Shown here piece by piece: positions 8,310-18,807 of a stretch of 26,279 nt of DNA. Every line of letters starts with the position of its first letter. The first letter of the stretch is position 1. The position numbers and the translations under genes were made by a program. The notes under the pieces were generated by a model that saw only the letters and a program-made list of their open reading frames with translations, was not told the DNA's origin and ran no database searches. The DNA is from a virus. The DNA is taken from the UHGV virus genome UHGV-0017443. One strand, written 5' to 3'.

Positions 8310-8352
8310 TTGACTTTTTGAATAAAGTTGGGTAAATTTGACCCAAGAATGG
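8310..8352 (+). promoter_or_regulatory. pR' late promoter with qut-type elements (-35 TTGACT, 17 bp, -10 TAAATT, promoter-proximal -10-like AAGAAT)
   Basis: TTGACTttttgaataaagttgggTAAATTtgacccAAGAATgg matches lambda pR' through about +1; the lambda pause-inducing element AACGAT is AAGAAT here, after which the sequence diverges. Confidence 0.7.
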
Positions 8353-9030
8353 CAGATTTATATCCGTTCACATTCTTTCAGTTTTTACCCACCTCATCTT
8401 TAAGTTCTAAGCGCACTGACATGCGCATCATAAACTCGAGAGCACATAGGAATAGAGCCTGAGAAATATCGCCTTTGGCGACTTCTCTCGTGGTGATATT
8501 TCTATGTCAGCAGGCTCTAATATCTATGTGGTTCGCCTATGTTAAAACGTGAAGATGCATTGAGACTTTTTAATTACAATCCAGATACTGGAATTCTTAC
8601 ATGGAAGAATCCACCTCGGTCTTCTAGATTTATCTATGGCGCTGTTGTTGGCTATAAAACAAATGGATATCTGCAGGTAAAACTTTATGGAATGCGGCTA
8701 TATGTCCATAGAATTGCATGGCTGATGGTTTACAATGATTGGCCAGCCGATGTGATTGACCATATTAATGGTGATAGATCTGATAACCGGATAGCCAATC
8801 TTCGTGTTGTTACTAACACTCAAAACTCATGGAACAGCAAGATGAGGAAAAACAATTCATCTGGTGTGAAGGGGGTGACTTTTAATTCTGCTGCAAACAA
8901 GTGGGTTGGAAGAATTAGGGTCAATGGTAAAAGGATTCATGTAGGGTGTTTTGACGATATCGAGGAGGCGAGAAAGGCAATGGAAAATGCCAGGATAAAA
9001 TATCATGGTGAATTCTCCAGTATGGGATAG
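8353..9030 (+). mobile_element. About 0.68-kb insertion in the pR' leader carrying a free-standing HNH endonuclease gene
   Basis: Lambda-like sequence stops just after the promoter and resumes at GATGGGTTAATTCGCTCG (9031); both junctions carry an A-rich ATGG motif (AAGAATGG / GATAGATGG). Confidence 0.6.
8539..9030 (+). CDS. HNH homing endonuclease (HNH_3-type catalytic motif plus AP2-like DNA-binding domain)
   Basis: 163 aa; IDHINGDRSDNRIANLRVVTNTQN is an HNH motif; C-terminal GVKGVTFNSAANKWVGRIRVNGKRIHVGCFDDIEEARKAM resembles AP2 domains of phage homing endonucleases; AT-rich relative to its flanks. Confidence 0.8.
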   Translation: MLKREDALRLFNYNPDTGILTWKNPPRSSRFIYGAVVGYKTNGYLQVKLYGMRLYVHRIAWLMVYNDWPADVIDHINGDRSDNRIANLRVVTNTQNSWNSKMRKNNSSGVKGVTFNSAANKWVGRIRVNGKRIHVGCFDDIEEARKAMENARIKYHGEFSSMG

Positions 9031-9163
9031 ATGGGTTAATTCGCTCGTTGTGGTAGTGAGATAAAAAGAGGCGGCGCTTACTACCGATTCCGCCTAGTTG
9101 GTCACTTCGACGTATCGTCTGGAACTCCAACCATCGCAGGCTGAGAGGTCTGCAAAAATGCAA

Positions 9164-9222
9164 TCCCGAAACAGTTCGCAGGTAATAGTTAGAGCCTGCA
9201 CAACGGTTTCGGGATTTTTTAT
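9164..9222 (+). terminator. tR' (6S RNA) terminator of the late leader
   Basis: TCCCGAAAC...GTTTCGGGA stem followed by TTTTTTAT; the segment 9031..9222 matches the lambda 6S/tR' region as I recall it. Confidence 0.7.
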
Positions 9223-9224
9223 TT

Positions 9225-9299
9225 GGGTCAGTCGTATAAAGGTCATTACGGAAGGCTGTTAACCTTCTTATCGTGGTTCGAGTCCACGCTGTCCCGCCA
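9225..9299 (+). tRNA. tRNA-like gene, anticodon GTT (Asn), with one acceptor-stem mismatch
   Basis: Hand-folded cloverleaf: acceptor GGGTCAG/CTGTCCC (T-T mismatch at 4:69), D-arm with GG, anticodon stem GAAGG/CCTTC with loop CTGTTAA, T-arm CGTGG-TTCGAGT-CCACG, discriminator G, encoded CCA. Confidence 0.5.
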
Positions 9300-9304
9300 A
9301 ACAT

Positions 9305-9380
9305 GCTGGTTTAGCTCCAATGGTGGAGCAGTCGCCTTGTAAGCGAATGGGTAGCGGTTCAAGTCCGTTAACCAGCACCA
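9305..9380 (+). tRNA. tRNA gene, anticodon TGT (Thr)
   Basis: Perfect 7-bp acceptor stem GCTGGTT/AACCAGC, D-stem GCTC/GAGC, anticodon loop CTTGTAA, T-arm AGCGG-TTCAAGT-CCGTT, discriminator A, encoded CCA. Confidence 0.7.
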
Positions 9381-9622
9381 TAACTGAGCCGTAGCCACTG
9401 GCTATCCTGAATTCATCAGTGATAGTTACGATGCGGCCTTCTACACATGACCTTCGTGAAAGCGGGTGGCAAGAGGCTGCGCTAACAACCTCATGCCGTT
9501 TTGCCCGTGCATATCGGTCACGAACAAATCTGATTACTAAACACAGTAGCCTGGATTTGTTCTATCAGTAATCGACCTTATTCCTAATTAAATAGAGCAA
9601 ATCCCCTTATTGGGGGTAAGAC

Positions 9623-9946
9623 ATGAAGATGCCAGAAAAACATGACCTGTTAGCCGCCATTCTCGCGGCAAAGGAACAAGGCATCGGGGCAATCCTTGCG
9701 TTTGCAATGGCGTACCTTCGCGGCAGATATAATGGCGGTGCGTTTACAAAAACAGTAATCGACGCAACGATGTGCGCCATTATCGCCTGGTTCATTCGTG
9801 ACCTTCTCGACTTCGCCGGACTAAGTAGCAATCTCGCTTATATAACGAGCGTGTTTATCGGCTACATCGGCACTGACTCGATTGGTTCGCTTATCAAACG
9901 CTTCGCTGCTAAAAAAGCCGGAGTAGAAGATGGTGGAAATCAATAA
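9623..9946 (+). CDS. S: Holin S (class I, lambda-type, dual-start MKM motif)
   Basis: 107 aa, [41 protein letters not shown]..., matches lambda S as I recall it. Confidence 0.95.
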   Translation: MKMPEKHDLLAAILAAKEQGIGAILAFAMAYLRGRYNGGAFTKTVIDATMCAIIAWFIRDLLDFAGLSSNLAYITSVFIGYIGTDSIGSLIKRFAAKKAGVEDGGNQ

Positions 9947-10406
9947 TCAACGTAAGGCGTTCCTCGATATGCTGGCGTGGTCAGAGGGAACTGATAACGG
10001 ACGGCAGAAAACCAGAAATCATGGTTATGACGTCATTGTAGGCGGAGAGCTATTTACTGATTACTCCGATCACCCTCGCAAACTTGTCACGCTAAACCCA
10101 AAACTCAAATCAACAGCAGCCGGACGTTACCAGCTTCTTTCCCGTTGGTGGGATGCCTACCGCAAGCAGCTTGGACTGAAAGACTTCTCTCCGAAAAGCC
10201 AGGACGCTGTGGCACTGCAGCAGATTAAGGAGCGTGGCGCTTTACCGATGATTGATCGCGGTGATATTCGTCAGGCAATTGACCGTTGCAGCAATATCTG
10301 GGCTTCACTGCCGGGCGCTGGTTATGGTCAGTTCGAGCATAAGGCTGACAGCCTGATTGCAAAATTCAAAGAAGCAGGCGGAACGGTCAGAGAGATTGAG
10401 GTATGA
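9930..10406 (+). CDS. R: Endolysin R (lytic transglycosylase, lambda-type)
   Basis: 158 aa, [49 protein letters not shown]..., matches lambda R as I recall it. Confidence 0.95.
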   Translation: MVEINNQRKAFLDMLAWSEGTDNGRQKTRNHGYDVIVGGELFTDYSDHPRKLVTLNPKLKSTAAGRYQLLSRWWDAYRKQLGLKDFSPKSQDAVALQQIKERGALPMIDRGDIRQAIDRCSNIWASLPGAGYGQFEHKADSLIAKFKEAGGTVREIEV

Positions 10407-10870
10407 GCAGAGTAACCGCGATTATCTCCGCTCTGGTTATCTGCATCATCGTCTGCCTGTCATGGGCTGTTAATCATTACCGTGATAACGCCATTACCTA
10501 CAAAGAGCAGCGCGATAAAAAAGTCAGTGAGCTGAAGCTGGCGAACGCCACCATTACTGACATGCAACAGCGCCAGCGTGATGCTGATGCACTCGATGCT
10601 AAATACACGAAGGAGTTAGCTGATGCGAAAGCTGAAAATGATGCTCTTCGGCGCAAGCTTGATAATGGTGGCAGGGTGCTCGTCAAAGGAAAATGCCCTG
10701 TGCCATCCTCAGCCGAAACCTCCAGCGCCTCCGGCATGGGCAATGATGCCACCGTCGAACTCTCTCCAGTTGCTGGACGAAACGTTCTCGGTATCCGGGA
10801 CGGAATCATCAGCGACCAAACATCACTGAGAACGCTTCAGGAATACATAAACACGCAGTGCCTGAAATGA
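10403..10870 (+). CDS. Rz: Rz i-spanin (lambda-like N-terminal half, divergent C-terminal half)
   Basis: N-terminal TM and first about 80 aa nearly match lambda Rz; after ...AKAENDALR the sequence differs ([15 protein letters not shown]... versus lambda DDVAAGRRRLHIKAVC...). Confidence 0.85.
   Translation: MSRVTAIISALVICIIVCLSWAVNHYRDNAITYKEQRDKKVSELKLANATITDMQQRQRDADALDAKYTKELADAKAENDALRRKLDNGGRVLVKGKCPVPSSAETSSASGMGNDATVELSPVAGRNVLGIRDGIISDQTSLRTLQEYINTQCLK
10623..10829 (+). CDS. Rz1: Rz1 o-spanin lipoprotein embedded in the +1 frame of Rz
   Basis: [19 protein letters not shown] with lipobox VAGC, then a Pro-rich stretch [11 protein letters not shown]; parallels lambda Rz1 (MLKLKMML...VVGC...PPPPPAW) but with a divergent C-terminus. 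Confidence 0.7.
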   Translation: MRKLKMMLFGASLIMVAGCSSKENALCHPQPKPPAPPAWAMMPPSNSLQLLDETFSVSGTESSATKHH

Positions 10871-10878
10871 ACAATCAT

Positions 10879-10903
10879 AGCCTCGTAATAGCGAGGCTTT
10901 TTA
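10879..10903 (+). terminator. Rho-independent terminator after the lysis cassette
   Basis: AGCCTCG-taatag-CGAGGCT hairpin followed by TTTTT. Confidence 0.6.
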
Positions 10904-10920
10904 CTAACCGAGGGTAAATA

Positions 10921-11109
10921 ATGTCATCTCCAATCATGAAGTATTTCGCTTATCAACACCTCCCTGCGCATCTGCAGGAAGTAAGTAAGCCAATCGGTGA
11001 CCTTGCGACACTGATGGATGAATCACTGCCGGACAGTGCTGAAAAGTCAGCAGGTCTCCGCAAGCTGCTCGAAGCTAAAGATGCGCTGGTGCGAGCAAAG
11101 CTGGGGTAA
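10921..11109 (+). CDS. Hypothetical protein (62 aa)
   Basis: ORF with GAGGG SD; no family recognised by eye. Confidence 0.5.
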   Translation: MSSPIMKYFAYQHLPAHLQEVSKPIGDLATLMDESLPDSAEKSAGLRKLLEAKDALVRAKLG

Positions 11110-11397
11110 GTCATTACAAAGCCCATCTACGGGTGGGCTTGATAATGAAACCGGAGTTAATTTCTGGTCACTAATTAACGGCAGTACCGCGAAACAACCC
11201 AAGCCAGTAAGTGGGGAAATAACACTGGCAGCCACTGAAAGATGAACCTCCTGCCTTATGGCAAAAAAGATTCTTTGTGGTGGCGGACTGATGGAAAGAC
11301 ATCGGTTAGAATCAAGCAGTGGCTAGGGTAGCTCCCGAAAAGCGTAATCGTCACCGCCTGCCACTGATTCAATGACGAACAACTAGACGAGGTTGTT

Positions 11398-11673
11398 ATG
11401 GAAAAAATCTCTGGAAAAGAACTGCATTTTCTCAATCGAATTCTTCAATTTAAGCAGGAGAGAATTGCTGATTCTGACGTACAGGATGATGAGATTCTCA
11501 TGGTTGACTCATTGGTCCGTCATGGATATCTTGCTGTTGGCCTTTTCGACCGTGATAATAACGGCGGATATCATAGTTTAATGCAATACTACTCTCTTAC
11601 CGAACTTGGCGTTGCAGCTCATAAAGATGAATGGAAATGGAGAGGGAATCCAAATTCAAATAAAGGTCGCTAA
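11398..11673 (+). CDS. Hypothetical protein (91 aa)
   Basis: ORF with GAGGT SD 7 nt upstream; no family recognised. Confidence 0.5.
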   Translation: MEKISGKELHFLNRILQFKQERIADSDVQDDEILMVDSLVRHGYLAVGLFDRDNNGGYHSLMQYYSLTELGVAAHKDEWKWRGNPNSNKGR

Positions 11674-11792
11674 GGCGGCCTTTTTATTGCCATCACAAAA
11701 GCCATTCCCTACAGAGTGGCTTTGACAATGGCTTATACCCTACACGGGATAACTTAACTGATATCCCTTTTAACGGATAAACGGAGCCAACA

Positions 11793-12035
11793 ATGGCAGA
11801 GATTATTCCCATGACTGAAGAACAGAAATTCCAGTTAGAGATTTACAAACTGGTCATGAACCAGAACGCAGCCGCAGAAGAAGCATTTCAGTTCATTGGC
11901 ACTGACGAGCTGAAGCTTGAGCTATTCAAAATTCACTTCCAGTCAGGCGGCGCTAATTCAGATATCACGACCCGCACTATCGAAGCGGTGCGTAAATCGA
12001 AGGAAGCGTTAGACCTGTTCACCACCGGAGCATAA
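11793..12035 (+). CDS. Hypothetical protein (80 aa)
   Basis: ORF with GGAG SD; no family recognised. Confidence 0.5.
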   Translation: MAEIIPMTEEQKFQLEIYKLVMNQNAAAEEAFQFIGTDELKLELFKIHFQSGGANSDITTRTIEAVRKSKEALDLFTTGA

Positions 12036-12037
12036 AC

Positions 12038-12109
12038 ATGGCAACTCAAGGTTTCGACAACCCATCCAAATTCCGCGATGAATGGGATAAGCAAGCAGAA
12101 GGGAAATAA
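12038..12109 (+). CDS. Possible micro-ORF (23 aa) coupled to the small terminase gene
   Basis: ATG 2 nt after the previous stop with GGAG SD; [23 protein letters not shown]; ends 5 nt before the terminase start. Confidence 0.25.
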   Translation: MATQGFDNPSKFRDEWDKQAEGK

Positions 12110-12114
12110 TCAAT

Positions 12115-12603
12115 ATGGCAGCACCAAAGGGCAACCGATTTTGGGAGGCCCGCAGTAGTCATGGGCGAAATCCTAAATTCGAATCGCCTGAGGCGCTGTG
12201 GGCTGCTTGTTGTGAATACTTTGAGTGGGCTGATGATAACCCGCTATGGGAGGGTAAGGTATTTTCATATCAGGGAGAAATAATTAAGGCTAATGTCCCT
12301 AAGATGCGAGCCATGACTATTTCAGGATTGTGTACCTTCCTTGATATCACCAGGCAAACATGGGGAACCTTCCGGTCAATGGAAGGTTTTTCTGACGTCA
12401 CATCACGAGCGGAAGACATCATCTATGACCAGAAATTCTCTGGCGCAGCCGCTGACCTTCTCAACGCTAACATCATCGCCCGTGATTTGGGCCTCAAAGA
12501 GCAGTCGCAAGTTGAAGACGTGACACCTGATAAGGGAGATCGCGATAAGCGACGCTCTCGTATCAAGGAGCTATTCAACCGTGGAACTGGACGCGATTCT
12601 TGA
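12115..12603 (+). CDS. Terminase small subunit (P22 gp3-like)
   Basis: 162 aa immediately upstream of and overlapping the large terminase; size and position as P22 gene 3. Confidence 0.75.
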   Translation: MAAPKGNRFWEARSSHGRNPKFESPEALWAACCEYFEWADDNPLWEGKVFSYQGEIIKANVPKMRAMTISGLCTFLDITRQTWGTFRSMEGFSDVTSRAEDIIYDQKFSGAAADLLNANIIARDLGLKEQSQVEDVTPDKGDRDKRRSRIKELFNRGTGRDS

Positions 12604-14080
12604 TAACCTGAGCGACGAAGAGCAAATCGAATTGCTCGAGCTACTCGAAGAAGAAGAGAACTACCGGAACACACACCTGCTATATGAATTTACGCCATAC
12701 AGCAAACAGCGTGAGTTCATCGACGCCGGTCATGACTATCCAGAGCGCTGTTTTATGGCTGGTAACCAGCTTGGTAAGTCATTTACTGGTGCTGCTGAAG
12801 TCGCGTTTCACCTTACCGGGCGTTATCCGGGCACAAAAGGCTATCCTGCTGATGGTAAATATGGCGGTGAGTGGAAAGGTAAGCGTTTCTATGAGCCTGT
12901 TGTCTTCTGGATTGGCGGCGAGACAAACGAGACGGTAACCAAAACGACTCAACGCATCCTGTGCGGTCGTATTGAAGAGAATGATGAACCGGGATACGGT
13001 TCAATACCGAAAGAGGACATCATTAGCTGGAAGAAGTCTCCTTTCTTTCCGAACCTTGTTGATCATCTTCTGGTTAAGCATCACACGGCTGATGGCGTTG
13101 AAGATGGCATTTCAATCTGCTACTTCAAACCATACTCGCAAGGCCGTGCTCGCTGGCAGGGTGACACAATCCACGGCGTGTGGTTTGACGAAGAACCACC
13201 ATATAGCATTTATGGCGAAGGTCTTACCCGTACCAACAAATACGGGCAATTCTCAATTCTGACGTTTACCCCGCTGATGGGGATGTCTGACGTTGTTACC
13301 AAGTTCCTGAAGAATCCCAGCAAGTCGCAGAAAGTGGTCAACATGACCATCTACGACGCTGAGCACTACACCGACGAGCAGAAAGAGCAAATCATCGCAT
13401 CCTATCCCGAGCATGAGAGAGAGGCGCGTGCTCGCGGTATTCCTACGATGGGTAGTGGTCGAATCTTCCAGATACCGGAAGAGACGATTAAGTGTCAGCC
13501 GTTCGAGTGTCCTGATCACTTCTACGTAATTGGCGGGATGGATTTCGGATGGGATCACCCACAGGCGCAGGTTCAGCTTTGGTGGGATAAAGACGCAGAC
13601 ATAATCTACGTTTCACGCGTGTGGAAGGCGAAAGAAAAAACAGCCGTTCAGGCGTGGGGAGCTGTTAAATCATGGGCGCATAAAGTGCCAACAGCATGGC
13701 CTCATGACGGAAACCAGCACGAGAAGGGCGGCGGTGAGCAGCTCAAAGGGCAGTATGCAGATGCTGGTTTTATGATGTTGCAGGAGCATGCGACATGGCC
13801 TGATGGCGGTAATGCTGTTGAGCCTGGCATCACTGAATTGCGAGACATGATGCTTGATGGTCGCTTCAAAGTATTCAACACCTGTGAGCCATTCTTTGAG
13901 GAGTTTCGCCTTTATCACCGTGATGAAAACGGGAAGATCGTCAAGCTTAACGACGACGTTCTCTCAGCCGTTCGCTATGCATACATGATGCGCCGCTTCG
14001 CCAAAATGATGCGCGACATCAAAAAACCAAAAGAGAAAAAGATACCAGCCCCAATCAGGCCCATCGCACGGAGAACTTAA
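12581..14080 (+). CDS. Terminase large subunit (P22 gp2-like)
   Basis: 499 aa (GTG start overlapping gene 3); ATPase region and C-terminal nuclease-type region; same length as P22 gp2. Confidence 0.88.
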   Translation: MELDAILDNLSDEEQIELLELLEEEENYRNTHLLYEFTPYSKQREFIDAGHDYPERCFMAGNQLGKSFTGAAEVAFHLTGRYPGTKGYPADGKYGGEWKGKRFYEPVVFWIGGETNETVTKTTQRILCGRIEENDEPGYGSIPKEDIISWKKSPFFPNLVDHLLVKHHTADGVEDGISICYFKPYSQGRARWQGDTIHGVWFDEEPPYSIYGEGLTRTNKYGQFSILTFTPLMGMSDVVTKFLKNPSKSQKVVNMTIYDAEHYTDEQKEQIIASYPEHEREARARGIPTMGSGRIFQIPEETIKCQPFECPDHFYVIGGMDFGWDHPQAQVQLWWDKDADIIYVSRVWKAKEKTAVQAWGAVKSWAHKVPTAWPHDGNQHEKGGGEQLKGQYADAGFMMLQEHATWPDGGNAVEPGITELRDMMLDGRFKVFNTCEPFFEEFRLYHRDENGKIVKLNDDVLSAVRYAYMMRRFAKMMRDIKKPKEKKIPAPIRPIARRT

Positions 14081-16246
14081 ATGGCCGACGAAAACAGACT
14101 CAATTCCATTCTGTGTAAGTTTGACGCAGACTGGATGGCGAGCGATGAAGCCAGAACCGAGGCGACAAATGACCTGTATTTTAGCCGAGTGTCGCAATGG
14201 GATGACTGGCTATCAAACTACACCACCCTGCAATATCGCGGACAATTCGATGTTGTCCGCCCGGTGGTCAGGAAACTGGTCGCAGAGATGCGCCGGAACC
14301 CTATCGACGTTCTCTTCCGACCAAAAGACGGTGCTAATCCTGATGCAGCCGATGTGTTGATGGGGATGTATCGTACTGATATGCGCCATAACACGGCAAA
14401 AATTGCCGTTAACGTTGGCGTTCGTGAGCAGATAGAGTCCGGCGTTGGTGCATGGCGTCTGGTCACGCAGTACGAAGACAACGATCCAACAAGCAACAAT
14501 CAGGTAATTCGACGCCTGCCAATTCATGAAGCCTGCTCACACGTCATATGGGACGCCAACAGCAAGCAGATGGATAAGAGCGACGCTAAGCACTGCACGG
14601 TGATTAACGCCTTGTCGCGCAATGGCTGGAAAGAGTTCGCAGAGGATTACGGTATTGATCCTGACACCTTGCCATCTTTCCAGAATCCGAACGATACATG
14701 GCTGTTTCCGTGGGTATCGAATGATGTCGTCTACGTCGCTGAGTATTACGAGGTCGAAGAGAAGAAAGAGAAAGTCTTCATCTACCGCGACCCGCTGACA
14801 GGTGAGCCAGTCAGCTATTACCAGCAGGATATCAAAGACGTCATCGACGACCTGGCTAATCGTGGATTCATTAAGGTAGCAGAGCGTAAGGTGAAGCGTC
14901 GGCGTGTGTATAAGTCGATCATCACCTGCACGCAGATACTGAAAGACCGCGAGAAGATAGCCGGAGAGCATATTCCAATCGTTCCAGTGTATGGAGAATG
15001 GTCATTCGCTGGTGACAAGGAGTGCTACGAAGGAGTGGTAAGGCTGACGAAAGACGGTCAACGCCTTCGTAACATGATCATGTCGTTCAACGCCGATATT
15101 GTTGCTCGTTCACCGAAGAAGAAACCGACCTTCTTCCCTGAGCAAATCGAAGGCTACGAATACATGTACGGTGGAAATGATGACTATCCGTACTATCTGC
15201 AGAACAGGACCGATGAAAACGGTAACGACCTGCCGATTGGTCCAATCTCCTACATGGAAAACCCTGAAGTGCCGCAAGCCAACGCTTACATGCTTGAGGC
15301 TGCCACCAACGCAGTGAAAGAGGTGGCTAGTCTTGGTGTGGATGCGCAGGCAGCAAACTCTCAGGTCGCTTTCGATACCGTCAATCAACTGAACATGCGG
15401 GCAGACCTTGAGACATACGTGTTTCAGGATAACCTGGCTACCGCAATGCGACGTGATGGCGAGATTTATGCCTCAATGGTCAACGATATTTATGACGTTC
15501 CTCGTCATGTAACGCTGACACTCGAAGATGGAAGCGAGAAAGACGTTCAACTCTATGCGCAAGTTGTCGATTACCAGTCCGGCAATGTGGTCACACTCAA
15601 CGACATTCGCGGTCGCTATGAGTGCTATACAGACGTTGGGCCATCCTTCCAGAGCATGAAGGAACAGAACCGCGCAGAGATTCAGGAGTTACTCACCAAG
15701 GTTCCGCAAGGTACTCCAGAGTTCCAGATGCTGATGCTGCAATACTTCACGCTGCTTGACGGTAAAGGCGTCGAGATGATGCGAGAGTACGCGAACAAGC
15801 AACTGGTGATGATGGGGCTGAAGAAACCAGAAACACCTGAAGAGATGGAGATGGTACAACAGGCGCAACAGCAGCCGCAGCAGCCATCAGCAGAGCAAAT
15901 TCAGGCGCAGGGTATCCTTCTGCAAGGTCAGGCTGAATTGCTCAAGGCAGAGAACCAACAGGCGCAGATTCAGGTTGAAGCTGCCAAGGTTGAAGCACAA
16001 AACCAACTCAACGCGGCGAAGATTGCGGAAATCTTCAACAATATGGACATCGACAAGCAGGCAGAACTGCGTGAGTACCTCAAGCTCGTAGGTCAATTCC
16101 AGCAACAGCGCAGCAAAGATGCTCGTGCTAACGCTGAGCTGCTTCTTAAAGATGCAGACCAGACTCATTCACAACGCATGGATTTCGCGAATCTTATGCG
16201 TCAAGTTCAAATCCCCTCCGGCGGAGTAGCCGAGACACCTCAATAA
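14081..16246 (+). CDS. Portal protein (P22 gp1-like)
   Basis: 721 aa; [18 protein letters not shown]...[11 protein letters not shown]...[19 protein letters not shown]... closely parallels P22 portal gp1 including the Q-rich C-terminal barrel region. Confidence 0.93.
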   Translation: MADENRLNSILCKFDADWMASDEARTEATNDLYFSRVSQWDDWLSNYTTLQYRGQFDVVRPVVRKLVAEMRRNPIDVLFRPKDGANPDAADVLMGMYRTDMRHNTAKIAVNVGVREQIESGVGAWRLVTQYEDNDPTSNNQVIRRLPIHEACSHVIWDANSKQMDKSDAKHCTVINALSRNGWKEFAEDYGIDPDTLPSFQNPNDTWLFPWVSNDVVYVAEYYEVEEKKEKVFIYRDPLTGEPVSYYQQDIKDVIDDLANRGFIKVAERKVKRRRVYKSIITCTQILKDREKIAGEHIPIVPVYGEWSFAGDKECYEGVVRLTKDGQRLRNMIMSFNADIVARSPKKKPTFFPEQIEGYEYMYGGNDDYPYYLQNRTDENGNDLPIGPISYMENPEVPQANAYMLEAATNAVKEVASLGVDAQAANSQVAFDTVNQLNMRADLETYVFQDNLATAMRRDGEIYASMVNDIYDVPRHVTLTLEDGSEKDVQLYAQVVDYQSGNVVTLNDIRGRYECYTDVGPSFQSMKEQNRAEIQELLTKVPQGTPEFQMLMLQYFTLLDGKGVEMMREYANKQLVMMGLKKPETPEEMEMVQQAQQQPQQPSAEQIQAQGILLQGQAELLKAENQQAQIQVEAAKVEAQNQLNAAKIAEIFNNMDIDKQAELREYLKLVGQFQQQRSKDARANAELLLKDADQTHSQRMDFANLMRQVQIPSGGVAETPQ

Positions 16247-16259
16247 GAGAGAGTTAATC

Positions 16260-17171
16260 ATGGAACAAACCACCGACATTCAGGCTTCTGAAGAATTAAC
16301 CCTGCCCGGCAATCATGCAGCGGCATCTGCTGATGGCTTAGTTGTCGATAATGCCAACGACAACGCAGGTCAGGAAGAAGGCTTCGAGATTGTCCTGAAA
16401 GACGATGAGAAACCAAAACAAGACCCGGCAACTAATGCTGAATTTGCCCGTCGCCGCATAGAACGCAAACGCCAGCGTGAGCTTGAGCAGCAGATGGAAG
16501 CGGTTAAGCGTGGAGAGTTGCCGGAGCACCTGCGGGTGAACCCTGAGTTACCAAAACAACCAGACCCTAACGATTATCTTTCCGAAGATGCGCTGGCTAA
16601 GTACGACTATGACCAGAGCCGCGCACTGGCTGCCTTCCAGCAGGCAAACAGTGAATGGCAGATCAAGGCTATGGACGCACGAAGCCAGGCTGTCGCCGAG
16701 CAGGGTCGCAAAACTCAGGAGTTCACCCAGCAATCAGCGCAATACGTCGAGGCAGCCCGTAAGCACTACGACGCAGCGGAAAAGCTCAATATCCCTGACT
16801 ATCAGGAGAAAGAGGATGCATTCATGCAACTGGTGCCGCCAGCAGTCGGTGCCGACATCATGCGCCTCTTCCCGGAGAAATCCGCTGCTCTCATGTATCA
16901 CCTTGGTGCTAATCCTGAGAAAACACGCCAGTTGCTGGCGATGGACGGGCAATCCGCGCTGATTGAACTCACTCGACTGTCAGAACGTTTAACTCTCAAG
17001 CCTCGAGCCAAGCCTGTTTCAGAAGCCCCGTTACCTGATGAACCCATTCAGGGACACGCTGTTGCTGCAAATATCTCTGCGATTGAAAAGCAGATGGAAG
17101 CGGCAGCAAACAAAGGGGATGTAGAGACGTACCGCAAGCTCAAGGCGCAACTGAATAAAGGAATTCGATAA
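16260..17171 (+). CDS. Scaffolding protein (P22 gp8-like)
   Basis: 303 aa, acidic and helical, between portal and coat; same length as P22 gp8. Confidence 0.8.
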   Translation: MEQTTDIQASEELTLPGNHAAASADGLVVDNANDNAGQEEGFEIVLKDDEKPKQDPATNAEFARRRIERKRQRELEQQMEAVKRGELPEHLRVNPELPKQPDPNDYLSEDALAKYDYDQSRALAAFQQANSEWQIKAMDARSQAVAEQGRKTQEFTQQSAQYVEAARKHYDAAEKLNIPDYQEKEDAFMQLVPPAVGADIMRLFPEKSAALMYHLGANPEKTRQLLAMDGQSALIELTRLSERLTLKPRAKPVSEAPLPDEPIQGHAVAANISAIEKQMEAAANKGDVETYRKLKAQLNKGIR

Positions 17172-18466
17172 TGGCATTAAATGAAGGTCAACTGGTCACG
17201 TATGCTCTGGATGAAATCATCGAAACCATCCAGAACCTGACGCCAATGGCGTCCAAAGTGACAAAATACACCCCTCCGGCAGAATCCATGCAGCGTTCAA
17301 GCAACACCGTGTGGATGCCTGTTGAGCAGGAAGCGCCAACGCAGACTGGCTGGGATTTAACTGGCAACGCAACTGGGATTCTGGAGCTGTCCGTGAAATG
17401 CAACATGGGCGATCCGGATAACGATTTCTTCGAGCTTCGTGCAGATGACCTGCGTGATGAGCGTTCTTACCGTCGCCGCATCCAGGCATCCGCCAAAAAA
17501 CTGGCGAATAACATTGAGTCAGCAATTGCCAAACAGGCAACCGAAATGGGCTCACTTGTTGTTCACGATACCCGCGCAATTGGTCCATCTACTGGACTGT
17601 CTGGCTGGGATTTTGTGTCTGATGCAGAGCGCCTGATGTTCTCCCGTGAGCTAAACCGCGATATGGGCATCAGTTACTTCCTGAACCCTGACGATTACCG
17701 CAAAGCAGGACGCAACCTGGTAGATGGTGACATCTTCGGGCGCGTTCCTGAAGAAGCGTATCGCAACGGTACCATTCAGCGTCAGATTGCTGGCTTTGAT
17801 GAAATTCTTCGCTCACCGAAACTTCCGGCTGTTACCAAGTCAACCGCTACTGGTGTAACTGTTTCTGGTGCGCAGAAGTTTAAGCCGCAGGCATACACCC
17901 TTGATACCGATGGTAACAAAGAGAACGTCGACAACCGTGTTGCAACGGTGACCTTATCCTCCACCACCGGATTTAAGCGCGGCGACAAAATCAGCTTCAC
18001 TGGTGTGAAATTCCTGTCTCAGATGGCGAAGAACGTGCTGACTGATGATGCGACTTTCTCAATCACCCGTGTGATCGATGGTACTCACATCGAAATCACG
18101 CCGAAACCGATTGCACTGGATGACGCGTCACTGACAAAAGAAGAGAAGGCTTACGCTAATGTAAACACATCTCTTGCTGATACCACTCCGGTAAACGTTC
18201 TGAACGTGGCAACAACCACCGCTAACGTGTTCTGGGCTGATGACTCAATCCGTCTGCTGTCTCAGCCGATCCCGGTAACCCATGAACTGTTTGCTGGCAT
18301 GAAAACGTCTTCCTTCAGCATTCCAGGCATTGGTGTTAACGGCATCTTCGCAACGCAGGGTGATATCAACACTCTGTCTGGTAAGTGCCGTATTGCTGTG
18401 TGGTATTCAGCATGTGCTGTACGACCAGAGGCAATTGGTGTTGGTCTGCCTAACCAGACTGCGTGA
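17171..18466 (+). CDS. Major coat protein (P22 gp5-like, HK97 fold with I-domain)
   Basis: 431 aa; [20 protein letters not shown]...[16 protein letters not shown]...[11 protein letters not shown]... parallels P22 coat protein. Confidence 0.93.
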   Translation: MALNEGQLVTYALDEIIETIQNLTPMASKVTKYTPPAESMQRSSNTVWMPVEQEAPTQTGWDLTGNATGILELSVKCNMGDPDNDFFELRADDLRDERSYRRRIQASAKKLANNIESAIAKQATEMGSLVVHDTRAIGPSTGLSGWDFVSDAERLMFSRELNRDMGISYFLNPDDYRKAGRNLVDGDIFGRVPEEAYRNGTIQRQIAGFDEILRSPKLPAVTKSTATGVTVSGAQKFKPQAYTLDTDGNKENVDNRVATVTLSSTTGFKRGDKISFTGVKFLSQMAKNVLTDDATFSITRVIDGTHIEITPKPIALDDASLTKEEKAYANVNTSLADTTPVNVLNVATTTANVFWADDSIRLLSQPIPVTHELFAGMKTSSFSIPGIGVNGIFATQGDINTLSGKCRIAVWYSACAVRPEAIGVGLPNQTA

Positions 18467-18474
18467 TAACCAGA

Positions 18475-18500
18475 GGGAGCTTCGGCTCCCTTTTTTATTT
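18475..18500 (+). terminator. Rho-independent terminator directly after the coat gene
   Basis: GGGAGC-ttcg-GCTCCC hairpin followed by TTTTTTATTT. Confidence 0.7.
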
Positions 18501-18510
18501 GGAGACAAGC

Positions 18511-18784
<274 letters not shown>

Positions 18785-18807
<23 letters not shown>

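Noticed and set aside
11674-11695. Possible terminator after the 91-aa ORF (AAGG-cgg-CCTT followed by TTTTTATT)
   Set aside because: The stem is only 4 bp with a 3-nt loop; too weak to call without folding energies.
12684-16168. Numerous 60-150-aa ORFs on either strand inside the terminase and portal genes (e.g. 14537..14971 minus, 15110..15388 minus, 15887..16168 minus)
   Set aside because: They are embedded in long, well-supported structural genes, lack ribosome-binding sites and have biased low-complexity composition.
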